The position numbers were made by a program, and so were the translations under genes. Positions 9,572-19,177 of a stretch of DNA of 64,000 nucleotides are shown piece after piece (position 1 is the first letter of the stretch; every line of letters begins with the position of its first letter). This DNA comes from Escherichia phage vB_EcoM_Maryam, in the sequence record PQ799574.1, one strand, 5' to 3'. The notes below the pieces were generated by a model. The model made no database searches. It saw only the letters and a list, made by a program, of their open reading frames with translations, and was not told the origin of the DNA.

Positions 9572-10045
9572 ATGAAATCATATACTCAATTTTTAAATGA
9601 AGCGGTGTTAAATGAAGCATCTAGCACCGAAATTCAAGCTGTCGCAAAAGCAGCCATTGCAGCGGGTAAATATTCTTACAAAGATGCTTCTGATGAATCG
9701 CGATTCCAGTTTGCACGCGACATGAAAGCGGAAGGATTTACGGGAAATGCAGTTAGTATGGCCTGGAAAAGTTTAGTTGCTACTGGCGCTGCTTTTGCAA
9801 AGGCTTCGGGTAAACCTGCTCCTAAAGCAGATCCTAAAGTCGCACAAGAGAAAAATATTGTTAAAGGAATTATCTCCAAATATGAAGCTATCCTTAAAGA
9901 GCTTTTAGTAATCAAAACTGAAGGCCAAAAACTAGCTCGTGCTTATAGTTTCAAAGATAACCCACATGCTCACTCTCTTGAGTATGTTGAAGACATCCAA
10001 AAAATTATTAAAGACCGCATTTGGTCTGCTAAACAAATCAAATAA
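9572..10045 (+). CDS. internal-protein-like head protein (CTS-like N-terminus MKSYTQFLNEA)
   Basis: 157 aa; N-terminus resembles capsid targeting sequence; own late promoter; basic/Ala-rich. Confidence 0.55.
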   Translation: MKSYTQFLNEAVLNEASSTEIQAVAKAAIAAGKYSYKDASDESRFQFARDMKAEGFTGNAVSMAWKSLVATGAAFAKASGKPAPKADPKVAQEKNIVKGIISKYEAILKELLVIKTEGQKLARAYSFKDNPHAHSLEYVEDIQKIIKDRIWSAKQIK

Positions 10046-10052
10046 CATTCTT

Positions 10053-10082
10053 AGCCCTAGCCGAAAGGTTGGGGCTTTTTGG
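10053..10082 (+). terminator. rho-independent terminator, second copy of the 9494 module
   Basis: shares ccgaaaggttggggctttttggtat with 9500-9525. Confidence 0.6.
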
Positions 10083-10213
10083 TATCTAGGCCTTTCCAGG
10101 CCTCTCTAGGCATCATTTAGTTTCTACCCTTTATAATATATTATCCTATCCTTTGATTTCCCCTCCCTGCCCTAGAATTCCCCAAAACTTTTTAAAAATT
10201 TTTTCACAAAACT

Positions 10214-10245
10214 GTTTACATCCCTGTTCTTCTATGGTACTATAC
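10214..10245 (+). promoter_or_regulatory. T4-type early promoter (GTTTAC ... TGGTACTATAC)
   Basis: -35 GTTTAC, 15-nt spacer, extended -10; A/T-rich upstream ttttcacaaaa. Confidence 0.7.
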
Positions 10246-10286
10246 AACTATCAACTACTGATACAGAAAACAACTTGGAGAATGAA

Positions 10287-10550
10287 ATGGATAATTACGG
10301 TGAACTGTTCAACTTTTTTATGAAATGTGTTTCAGAAGATTTTGGTCGTACAGTGAATGATATTAAAGTTATCGGTCCTGACCATCCGATGTTTGAAACT
10401 TACGCAGTAATGGGTAATGAAGATGGTCAGTGGTATACTGTAAAGGTTGTGATTAATATGTTCACAGCAGAAGGTTATGTTAAACTGTCTTCTAAAGTTT
10501 ACCATGATAACGATGAAATCGCAGAAGAATATTTCAATAATATGAAATAA
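10287..10550 (+). CDS. hypothetical protein
   Basis: 87 aa from ATG 10287 (track start 10275 is TTG); ggag RBS. Confidence 0.5.
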   Translation: MDNYGELFNFFMKCVSEDFGRTVNDIKVIGPDHPMFETYAVMGNEDGQWYTVKVVINMFTAEGYVKLSSKVYHDNDEIAEEYFNNMK

Positions 10551-10581
10551 GTTTACACAGGCTCATGATTGAGATATTATG
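10551..10581 (+). promoter_or_regulatory. early promoter-like (GTTTAC ... GATATTATG)
   Basis: sigma70-like hexamers at correct spacing. Confidence 0.5.
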
Positions 10582-10606
10582 AGTCTATAACTTTGAGGAG
10601 AACATT

Positions 10607-10942
10607 ATGAAACGTAACTTTAGTAAAGCTTTTTGTAATAGAAATTATTATCCTGAAGAGCTTTTTGAATCTAAGGAATTTAAAGAGTTTAACGAACGCT
10701 CTCAAAACATGCCTGTACAATGGGTGTTAGATTATGCCAAACGTATCTTTGAAGGCGTGCGGGATATTTGTCCTGATGATGAAGCTCCTTATTTTAAAAA
10801 GGCTTGGGAACTCGCCAACCAAGCATATATCAATGCTTTAGAATCTTCTAAAGGTACTGACGATGATTTTATTTTATTAGCTATCAATGATGCCGTTATC
10901 GAGGCCATCAACGTCTTTATCGACGAGCTAGACGAAGAATAA
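10607..10942 (+). CDS. hypothetical protein
   Basis: 111 aa; gaggag RBS. Confidence 0.5.
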   Translation: MKRNFSKAFCNRNYYPEELFESKEFKEFNERSQNMPVQWVLDYAKRIFEGVRDICPDDEAPYFKKAWELANQAYINALESSKGTDDDFILLAINDAVIEAINVFIDELDEE

Positions 10943-10943
10943 G

Positions 10944-10972
10944 TTTACAATCTATTAAAACGTGATATTATC
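10944..10972 (+). promoter_or_regulatory. early promoter-like (GTTTAC ... GTGATATTATC)
   Basis: sigma70-like hexamers at correct spacing. Confidence 0.5.
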
Positions 10973-10998
10973 TAATTGTATCAACCTAAGGAAATACT

Positions 10999-11592
10999 AT
11001 GAACACACTGAAGAAAATTGTTGAGTTTATTCGCACTAAACTTGGTTCTGCTATGGCTAAAAATTTATCTGTTGAAGAACAGTATACTGCTGCGGCAGCA
11101 AAACTACTTGATAAGATTAAAGATCTAAAAACTGCTTCTGTTAAATCTATTAATGAAGAAAAACGTATTCGTGAACTTATTGTCGAAAAGAATCGACAGG
11201 CCGAATCAAAAGAGCGTGAAATTCGCAAGCTTCTTTCCGAAGGTCAAGATGTAACAATGCATGCTAAACTTGGTTTACTATATCGTCGAACAGCTGAGCA
11301 GTTGACTACTAAAGCTGATGGTTATGCTGAAATGCGAATTGAAATCGCCAAGAAAGTAGTTGAGTTAGATGATGCTCGCCAAGAACTTGCAGTTAAATTG
11401 GAATATATCCGTGAAACTCGCGCCGCGAATGCCCTTGGAATTAGTACTGCTGATGATGTAGTTGAAATTGCAGCACTGACTAAGGTTGATATTGAAGATA
11501 CTCTTGCTCGAGTTGAAACCTTTAATGGTAATATTTCTGGGGTTGAAACTACCTCTGCCGATGTTCAGGAATATATTAATTCTCTGAAATAA
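10999..11592 (+). CDS. hypothetical coiled-coil protein
   Basis: 197 aa, heptad-rich. Confidence 0.5.
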   Translation: MNTLKKIVEFIRTKLGSAMAKNLSVEEQYTAAAAKLLDKIKDLKTASVKSINEEKRIRELIVEKNRQAESKEREIRKLLSEGQDVTMHAKLGLLYRRTAEQLTTKADGYAEMRIEIAKKVVELDDARQELAVKLEYIRETRAANALGISTADDVVEIAALTKVDIEDTLARVETFNGNISGVETTSADVQEYINSLK

Positions 11593-11597
11593 TGATA

Positions 11598-11613
11598 AGG
11601 GGCTTCGGCCCCT
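11598..11613 (+). terminator. stable UUCG-tetraloop hairpin (aggggc-ttcg-gcccct), weak T tract
   Basis: perfect 6-bp GC stem with UUCG loop after the 10999 gene. Confidence 0.45.
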
Positions 11614-11633
11614 ATTACTTGGAGTAAATAGGA

Positions 11634-12248
11634 ATGAAAATGCAAATGCAAAGTGATTTCAATTCAATGTTTGAAGAGTTTCAAAGACAGGTTGATGTTC
11701 CAGACCAATTATTAAATGCTCTTAAACGTATGGCAGAAGGACGTAATTATTATTGGGGTTCTTCATATGAAACTGATGAAAGTCTTTCTGGAAGATTTTC
11801 TAGAGGTAAAAAGTCTTTAATACGTCCTGGAATACTTATTAACAGTATTGAATCAATTCATTTATTAACATGCGATTTTGATGTTGAATTTACTGATTTT
11901 GTTTCTCCTGAATGGACGGTCTGTTATTTAAACGACGATTATGATTATCTTGGCGTTTATAGTTTAAGTGATGCATGGTTTAAACGTAATTTACAAAAGT
12001 CAAATTTATTCTATATTGATACTACTGTAAAATTTCAGGGCAAGAAATATTTCTTTACTCTTATAGTTGATTCTGAAACGAAGCATGAAAATAAACGTAT
12101 TCTTAGTAAAAAGAATATCTTAACTATAGTTGATGATCTTTTTGATAAATTCGTAGAAAATCCCAATTTTGAAAGCGATTTATTATTAGAAAAATTTGTT
12201 AAGGAATGTAGAGAATATGTCAAAGCCATCACTATACCTTCCAAGTAA
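11634..12248 (+). CDS. hypothetical protein
   Basis: 204 aa; C-terminal FVKECREY motif shared with next three ORFs. Confidence 0.5.
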   Translation: MKMQMQSDFNSMFEEFQRQVDVPDQLLNALKRMAEGRNYYWGSSYETDESLSGRFSRGKKSLIRPGILINSIESIHLLTCDFDVEFTDFVSPEWTVCYLNDDYDYLGVYSLSDAWFKRNLQKSNLFYIDTTVKFQGKKYFFTLIVDSETKHENKRILSKKNILTIVDDLFDKFVENPNFESDLLLEKFVKECREYVKAITIPSK

Positions 12249-12609
12249 ACCTTTGAAGTATGAACTAAAGCGTCAGATAATTTCTACTGATGTGTTAATA
12301 GGTCCTGTGGTAGCTGTATCATTTGTGATTCTGCTGATTGCTGGAATGGTTATAGACGTTATGACTGATATTGAATCTGGTGTAATATTTGCGTCAACAC
12401 TAATTCTTCCAATGATAGTTCCATTTTTATTAGTACCCGTAAATTGGATAGGATACTGGTATCAAGGAAGACATTATCGTAAACGTGTACGCGATTGGAA
12501 AGCTCAGTGTAAAAAGATTAAAAAGGAACACCAGCTTAAACTAGATATGTATGAATTTAATGAAATTATGAAATTTGTTAAGGAATCACGATGCAAAAGC
12601 CAAAATTAA
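12217..12609 (+). CDS. membrane protein (paralogous array member)
   Basis: 130 aa from ATG 12217; TM helices; C-terminal FVKESRC. Confidence 0.45.
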   Translation: MSKPSLYLPSKPLKYELKRQIISTDVLIGPVVAVSFVILLIAGMVIDVMTDIESGVIFASTLILPMIVPFLLVPVNWIGYWYQGRHYRKRVRDWKAQCKKIKKEHQLKLDMYEFNEIMKFVKESRCKSQN

Positions 12610-12953
12610 ATAAAGTCAAATATTCGTTTCCTGAGTCACTATTAATTCTTGCTGTATCAGTATTTGCAGCTCTTGCGGGTAGTCTTATTGGATTGTTAAT
12701 TGACTGTTTTATTTTAAACATTGACGGCACAGTAATTATAACAGAGGTTTGGAGTGAACTTCGTTATACTATAGCGATTTCATTATTTTCATTCTTTGGT
12801 ACCATGTTATATTTTCATTATGATAATTTTAAAATAAATTGGCAAAGAAAAAAGGATTACAAAATACAATTAAAGGAATATAATAGCTACATGTCTTATA
12901 TTGAAAAAGAATCAATGGAAGAGTTTGTGAGTGATTGTAGGAAAATTAAATGA
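12591..12953 (+). CDS. membrane protein (paralogous array member)
   Basis: 120 aa; two TM helices; C-terminal FVSDCRKIK. Confidence 0.5.
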   Translation: MQKPKLNKVKYSFPESLLILAVSVFAALAGSLIGLLIDCFILNIDGTVIITEVWSELRYTIAISLFSFFGTMLYFHYDNFKINWQRKKDYKIQLKEYNSYMSYIEKESMEEFVSDCRKIK

Positions 12954-13434
12954 TTTTAAAAACTCGCTGGTATGATTTAGATGATGGGGATGATGGCATT
13001 TCAGTTGATAGAGTTGACTGGAATGGTTGTTCCGAAGATATGAAAAATTTGTTGATTAGGGAGTTTAGAATGGGATATCAAGCAGCTAAGCCATCTATTA
13101 TAACAGATGATAAATTCGTGTGTATTCATAATGGTCGCGCTAAGTTAACGAACGCTGATTGGTTCACAGATAAAATTATGATTCTGTGGTATATTATTAG
13201 TCTTCCTGTGACATCATTCGTATTTTACTTTTTTATAAAAAATCCAATGGACAGAATAGGAGATTGGATTCTTTTAACCATACTTGTTAATATTTTTACA
13301 GCAGCAATATTATCAGGAATATGGTGCGTGTTCATTGAAATGCCATGGCGTTTACGCAGACAGCAAAAGATTTTTGATGAAAAGAAATACGCTCAAAATT
13401 TAAATAACTTTATCACTGAATGCAGGAAATTAAA

Positions 13435-13438
<4 letters not shown>
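12950..13438 (+). CDS. membrane protein (paralogous array member)
   Basis: 162 aa; TM helices; C-terminal FITECRKLK. Confidence 0.5.
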
Positions 13439-14407
<969 letters not shown>

Positions 14408-14411
14408 AGTT

Positions 14412-14443
14412 ATTTACTTTCTCCTAGAATTGTGATAGTATAT
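14412..14443 (+). promoter_or_regulatory. early promoter-like (ATTTAC ... TGTGATAGTATAT)
   Basis: imperfect -35, extended -10. Confidence 0.4.
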
Positions 14444-14501
14444 TCACAGTTACTTGAAGAGATAAATTATTAATTAAAATATTTACATTTAAAGGATACA
14501 C

Positions 14502-14975
14502 ATGAAAACATATCAAGAATTTATTACTGAAGCAGCTATTAATTCTCAAATTATTGCTGAATCTTTTACTGATCTTTTGAAATTTAAAAAAGGACAGAAA
14601 ATCACTGCTGTACTGGATGATGGTACAGAAGTTGAGATGGATGTACAAGGATATAATTATGCAGTAGATGGAAAACTGTATAATAAATCTCATGCTAAAT
14701 TTGATTCATTTGACGACTTTGTTAATACAGTTGAAGATGAAAAAACTCGTAGATCCATTGCAACTGGTGATGCTAAGGTTCTTATGGCACATGGTCATGA
14801 ACGCATTCGCGCTAAACAGAATAAAATGGGTGAAGATAATTTCGCATTAGTTGGTTATCAATCTGGTAAACAAACTTATGGCTATCAACGTACTGCTACC
14901 ATGTATAATAAAAATGGTAAAATTGCCTTTGTGAATAGTAAAGGTTCTATTCAGTACGTTAAATCGTTCAAATAA
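14502..14975 (+). CDS. internal protein (ipII/ipIII position) with capsid targeting sequence MKTYQEFITEA
   Basis: 157 aa; canonical CTS N-terminus; sits next to gene e. Confidence 0.6.
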   Translation: MKTYQEFITEAAINSQIIAESFTDLLKFKKGQKITAVLDDGTEVEMDVQGYNYAVDGKLYNKSHAKFDSFDDFVNTVEDEKTRRSIATGDAKVLMAHGHERIRAKQNKMGEDNFALVGYQSGKQTYGYQRTATMYNKNGKIAFVNSKGSIQYVKSFK

Positions 14976-15115
14976 TATGGGAACAACCTGGACCTCATGA
15001 TTCTATGAGGGATTCCCGCCAACCTGTAATAAGGTCGAGCCTAAGTGCGGTAATGGGTAAATACAGAAATGGACAATTCATGCGCCATGGAATGGCCCAA
15101 ACTTAGAGAGAAGAA

Positions 15116-15655
15116 ATGAGAACATTTTTAACTGGTCCTTATCTATCCCTGATGAATGCTTTTACACACCATTCTGATGCTAGAGTAGAAGAAATTTGTA
15201 AAAACGAATATATCCCGCCATTTGAAGAATTACTTAAACAGTACTGCACACTTCGTATAGATGGTGGACGTCAATCCGGTAAATCAATTGCTGTGACTAA
15301 CTTTGCTGCTAATTGGCTGTATGATGGCGGAACAGTTATTGTTCTTTCTAATACTTCAGCTTACGCTAAAATTTCTGCAAATAACATTAAAAAGGAATTT
15401 TCGCGTTATTCTAATGATGATATACGTTTTCGTTTATTTACTGATTCTGTGCGCAGTTTTATTGGTAATAAAGGAAGTAAGTTCAGAGGTTTATCGCTTT
15501 CGCGAATTTTGTATATAATTGATGAGCCTGTCAAATCTCCTGATATGGATAAGATTTATAGCGTCCATATTGACACTGTACACTACTGCTGTAATAGTAA
15601 ATGTTGCATTGGTGGTATTACTCGTCCGCAGTTTTTCGTAATCGGAATGCAATGA
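15116..15655 (+). CDS. small P-loop NTPase-like protein
   Basis: 179 aa; Walker A DGGRQSGKS and Walker B-like ILYIIDEP. Confidence 0.5.
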   Translation: MRTFLTGPYLSLMNAFTHHSDARVEEICKNEYIPPFEELLKQYCTLRIDGGRQSGKSIAVTNFAANWLYDGGTVIVLSNTSAYAKISANNIKKEFSRYSNDDIRFRLFTDSVRSFIGNKGSKFRGLSLSRILYIIDEPVKSPDMDKIYSVHIDTVHYCCNSKCCIGGITRPQFFVIGMQ

Positions 15656-15981
15656 TGACAGACACACAGCTTTTCGAATATCTCTATTTTTCGCCAAAAA
15701 CTATTAAAAATAAATTGGTAAATCATTTTGAAATTTTGGCAAATAACAACATTTTAAGCGAATTTTATCCCAAGCAATACAAATTACAAAAAGGTGTATT
15801 CAAAGGATGCAGAGTTTTGTGCACTGCTCCTAATTCACGGCTAATGAATAAAATTCCGTATTTTACCATGGAATTTATTGATGGACCTTTTAAAGGATTA
15901 ATTACCCAAAGTTTAATGGCATATGATTCTGAGCCATTTTTAATTAAAGAACAATCTTGGATAAATTTATTTTCTAATTGA
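15655..15981 (+). CDS. hypothetical protein
   Basis: 108 aa from ATG 15655. Confidence 0.45.
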   Translation: MTDTQLFEYLYFSPKTIKNKLVNHFEILANNNILSEFYPKQYKLQKGVFKGCRVLCTAPNSRLMNKIPYFTMEFIDGPFKGLITQSLMAYDSEPFLIKEQSWINLFSN

Positions 15982-15988
15982 GGTTTAT

Positions 15989-16351
15989 ATGAAAGCATAT
16001 CAAATTCTTGAAGGCACACATAAAGGTACTATTTATTTTGAAGATGGTATTCAAGCACGAATTATTGTCTCTAAAACCTTTAAAGAGGACTCTTTTGTAG
16101 ACCCAGAAATTTTCTATGGTTTGCATGCCCGTGAAATTGAAATTGAGCCACAACCTACAGTTAAAATTGAAGGTGGTCAACACCTGAACGTTAACGTTCT
16201 GCGTCGTGAAACTCTGGAAGATGCAGTTAAGCATCCGGAAAAATATCCGCAACTGACCATCCGTGTATCCGGTTATGCAGTTCGCTTTAACTCTCTGACT
16301 CCGGAACAGCAGCGCGACGTTATCGCTCGTACCTTTACCGAGAGTTTGTAA
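15989..16351 (+). CDS. autonomous glycyl radical cofactor (GrcA/YfiD-like)
   Basis: 120 aa; C-terminal glycyl radical motif RVSGYAVRF. Confidence 0.8.
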   Translation: MKAYQILEGTHKGTIYFEDGIQARIIVSKTFKEDSFVDPEIFYGLHAREIEIEPQPTVKIEGGQHLNVNVLRRETLEDAVKHPEKYPQLTIRVSGYAVRFNSLTPEQQRDVIARTFTESL

Positions 16352-16572
16352 TGGCAAAGATAATTATTGAAGGTTCTGAAGATGTGCTAAATGCTTTCGC
16401 CGAGTGGTTTAGTAATTCAGGCGAACAGCAATTTAACGAAGCGTGGAATATGGGTGATATTGATGGAATTTATCCTACGACAGAAATTTCTGTTCAGGGA
16501 TATGGCATTCATGAACCTATTCGTTTAGTTGAATATGATTTATGTACTGGTGAGGAAGTCAAATATGATTGA
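16351..16572 (+). CDS. hypothetical protein
   Basis: 73 aa, acidic; translationally coupled. Confidence 0.45.
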   Translation: MAKIIIEGSEDVLNAFAEWFSNSGEQQFNEAWNMGDIDGIYPTTEISVQGYGIHEPIRLVEYDLCTGEEVKYD

Positions 16573-16831
16573 AGACATTAAAGGTTATAAGCCGCATACT
16601 GAAGAGAAAATCGGTAAAGTAAATGCTATCAAAGATGCTGAAGTTCGTTTAGGACTTATCTTTGACGCTTTATACGATGAATTCTGGGAAGCACTAGATA
16701 ATTGCGAAGACTATGAATTCGCGAAGAATTATGCTGAAAGCCTCGATCAGTTAACTATTGCTAAAACGAAACTCAAAGAAGCCAGTATGTGGGCTTGTCG
16801 TGCAGTGTTCCAACCAGAGGAAAAATACTAA
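16565..16831 (+). CDS. hypothetical protein
   Basis: 88 aa from ATG 16565. Confidence 0.45.
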   Translation: MIEDIKGYKPHTEEKIGKVNAIKDAEVRLGLIFDALYDEFWEALDNCEDYEFAKNYAESLDQLTIAKTKLKEASMWACRAVFQPEEKY

Positions 16832-17109
16832 TGGCTCAATTAAGTGCAGGGTTTGGTTATGAGTATTATACTGCACCTCGTCGTGTATCTGCTGCTCCTA
16901 AGAAAATTCAAAGTCTTGATGACTTCCAGGAAGTAGTCCGTAAAGCTTTCCAGGACTATGCACGTTATCTTAAAGAAGATTCGCAGGACTGTCTCGAAGA
17001 AGATGAAATTGCTTACTATGAGCAGCGTCTTGAACAGCTTAAAAACTTACATGAGGTTCGTGCAGAAGTTTCAAAGTCTATGAATAAATTGATTAGATTT
17101 AAAGAATAA
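16831..17109 (+). CDS. hypothetical protein
   Basis: 92 aa from ATG 16831. Confidence 0.45.
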   Translation: MAQLSAGFGYEYYTAPRRVSAAPKKIQSLDDFQEVVRKAFQDYARYLKEDSQDCLEEDEIAYYEQRLEQLKNLHEVRAEVSKSMNKLIRFKE

Positions 17110-17111
17110 CT

Positions 17112-17141
17112 GTTTACTTTTCCTCTTGACTGTGGTATAAT
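17112..17141 (+). promoter_or_regulatory. T4-type early promoter (GTTTAC ... TGTGGTATAAT) for regB
   Basis: near-consensus -35 and extended -10. Confidence 0.7.
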
Positions 17142-17168
17142 TTTTCTATCAGTTAAGAGGAGAACAAC

Positions 17169-17630
17169 ATGACTATCAATACAGAAGTTTTTATCCGTCG
17201 AAATAAGCTTCGTCGTCATTTTGAGTCGGAGTTTCGTCAAATTAACAATGAGATTCGTGAGGCATCAAAAGCAGCAGGAGTCTCATCGTTTCATCTAAAA
17301 TATTCTCAACATCTTCTTGATCGTGCAATTCAACGGGAGATTGATGAGACATATGTTTTTAAATTATTCCATAAAATAAAAGACCATGTTTTAGAAGTTA
17401 ATGAATTCCTGAGTATGCCTCCGCGTCCTGACATTGACGAGGATTTTATTGATGGGGTTGAATATCGTCCTGGACGTTTAGAAATCACAGATGGAAATCT
17501 TTGGCTTGGATTTACGGTTTGTAAGCCTAATGAGAAGTTCAAAAACCCGTCACTTCAATGCAGGATGGCAATTATCAACAGTCGTCGTTTACCAGGAAAG
17601 GCTTCTAAAGCAGTAATTAAAACTCAATGA
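17169..17630 (+). CDS. regB: endoribonuclease RegB
   Basis: 153 aa; matches recalled T4 RegB N-terminus and size. Confidence 0.8.
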   Translation: MTINTEVFIRRNKLRRHFESEFRQINNEIREASKAAGVSSFHLKYSQHLLDRAIQREIDETYVFKLFHKIKDHVLEVNEFLSMPPRPDIDEDFIDGVEYRPGRLEITDGNLWLGFTVCKPNEKFKNPSLQCRMAIINSRRLPGKASKAVIKTQ

Positions 17631-17637
17631 GGTAAGC

Positions 17638-18183
17638 ATGAGAAAAGCACTACTCGCTGGTCTATTGGCCATTTCTATGATGGCACATAGCTCCGAGCAT
17701 ACTTTCAGTAATGTCCAACTCGATAACATGCGTTACGCGTATCAATTCGGGGAACAATTTTCTAAGGATGGAAAATATAAAACACACAAAAATATCCACA
17801 AGAGCGGATTAGGTCATATAATGGCTGCCATTTTATGGCAAGAAAGCTCTGGCGGAGTTAATTTAAAATCTAAACCAAAGCATCACGCCTACGGAATGTT
17901 CCAAAATTATTTGCCTACTATGCGAGCAAGAGTTAAGGAACTTGGTTATAATATGACCGATGCTGAAATAAAAAGAATGTTGAATAAACGGTCCAATTCA
18001 GCTTCCTGGGCGTACATTGAACTTTCTTATTGGTTAAATATACATAAGGGCGATATAAGAAAAGCAGTATCCTCTTATAATTCGGGATGGAATGTTAAAG
18101 CAGGTTCTAAATATGCTTCTGAAGTCCTAGAAAAGGCTAATTACCTTAAAAATAATAAACTTTTGGAAATAGTAAATGACTAA
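17638..18183 (+). CDS. secreted lytic transglycosylase-like protein
   Basis: signal peptide MRKALLAGLLAISMMAHS; SLT-like motif WQESSGG...YGMFQ. Confidence 0.6.
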   Translation: MRKALLAGLLAISMMAHSSEHTFSNVQLDNMRYAYQFGEQFSKDGKYKTHKNIHKSGLGHIMAAILWQESSGGVNLKSKPKHHAYGMFQNYLPTMRARVKELGYNMTDAEIKRMLNKRSNSASWAYIELSYWLNIHKGDIRKAVSSYNSGWNVKAGSKYASEVLEKANYLKNNKLLEIVND

Positions 18184-18517
18184 AATTTTGGTTTTATGTA
18201 TAGGATTAATTTCATTTTCTGCGTTAGCAGATACATCATATACTGAAATTAGAGAGTATGTAAACCGTACTGCAGCGGATTATTGCGGGAAAAATAAAGC
18301 ATGCCAAGCTGAATTTGCGCAGAAATTAATATATGCATATAAAGACGGAGAAAGAGATAAATCAAGCAGATACAAAAATGATACATTGTTAAAACGATAT
18401 GCTAAAAAGTGGAATACCTTAGAATGTTCAGTTGCGGAGGAGAAAGATAAAGCCGCTTGTCATTCAATGGTTGACCGTTTGGTAGATTCTTATAATCGAG
18501 GATTGAGTACTAGATGA
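18176..18517 (+). CDS. secreted Cys-containing protein
   Basis: 113 aa; signal peptide MTKILVLCIGLISFSALA. Confidence 0.5.
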   Translation: MTKILVLCIGLISFSALADTSYTEIREYVNRTAADYCGKNKACQAEFAQKLIYAYKDGERDKSSRYKNDTLLKRYAKKWNTLECSVAEEKDKAACHSMVDRLVDSYNRGLSTR

Positions 18518-18993
18518 TTGTAAAATATATCAAGGGCGATATTGTCGCCCTATTTCTTCAAGGTAATATTATTGCGCACGGGTGCAATTGTTTTCATACT
18601 ATGGGTTCAGGTGTAGCGGGTCAATTAGCCAGAGCCTATCCCAAAATTTTAGAAATAGATAAAACCACTACTGAGTACGGTTCTCGTGATAAATTAGGCG
18701 ATATGTCTATTGTTTTTAAACATAAACCTAATGGTTTTGGTATATGCTATAACCTGTATACGCAATACGAACCAGGTCCTAATCTTGATTATGGTGCTTT
18801 AGTAAACTGCATGATAGAATTAAATCTACAGGCAGAAACCCTTTTGTTTAAACCAGTAATTTACATTCCACGCATAGGTTGTGGTATTGCTGGCGGCGAT
18901 TGGGATAAGGTTTCTAAATTAATCGACATGTTTACTCCTGATATTGATTTAATAGTGGTGGATTATGAAAGTACATTACCCACATCCGTTTGA
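18514..18993 (+). CDS. macro domain protein (ADP-ribose binding/processing)
   Basis: 159 aa; GDIV...GNIIAHGCNC...GSGVAGQL resembles macro-domain signature. Confidence 0.55.
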   Translation: MIVKYIKGDIVALFLQGNIIAHGCNCFHTMGSGVAGQLARAYPKILEIDKTTTEYGSRDKLGDMSIVFKHKPNGFGICYNLYTQYEPGPNLDYGALVNCMIELNLQAETLLFKPVIYIPRIGCGIAGGDWDKVSKLIDMFTPDIDLIVVDYESTLPTSV

Positions 18994-19177
18994 TCCTAAA
19001 AACAAAGTGGAAATTATTCGTCAATGGGAACGCATTTGCCGTACTAAATGTCCAATTAATAGTCCACATGATGTAGATAAAGACTACATTGGAACATTCG
19101 TTGAATATACCTTTATTGATAAGAAAGGTCGTAAACAACATGTAGAAGAATATTGCTTAAAGGTTACATGGTTATGA
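18965..19177 (+). CDS. hypothetical protein
   Basis: 70 aa. Confidence 0.45.
   Translation: MKVHYPHPFDPKNKVEIIRQWERICRTKCPINSPHDVDKDYIGTFVEYTFIDKKGRKQHVEEYCLKVTWL

Noticed and set aside
9494-10085. Possible CRISPR-like repeat array
   Set aside because: Only two copies of a terminator hairpin module 560 bp apart; the promoter repeats elsewhere are irregularly spaced on both strands; no repeat-spacer periodicity
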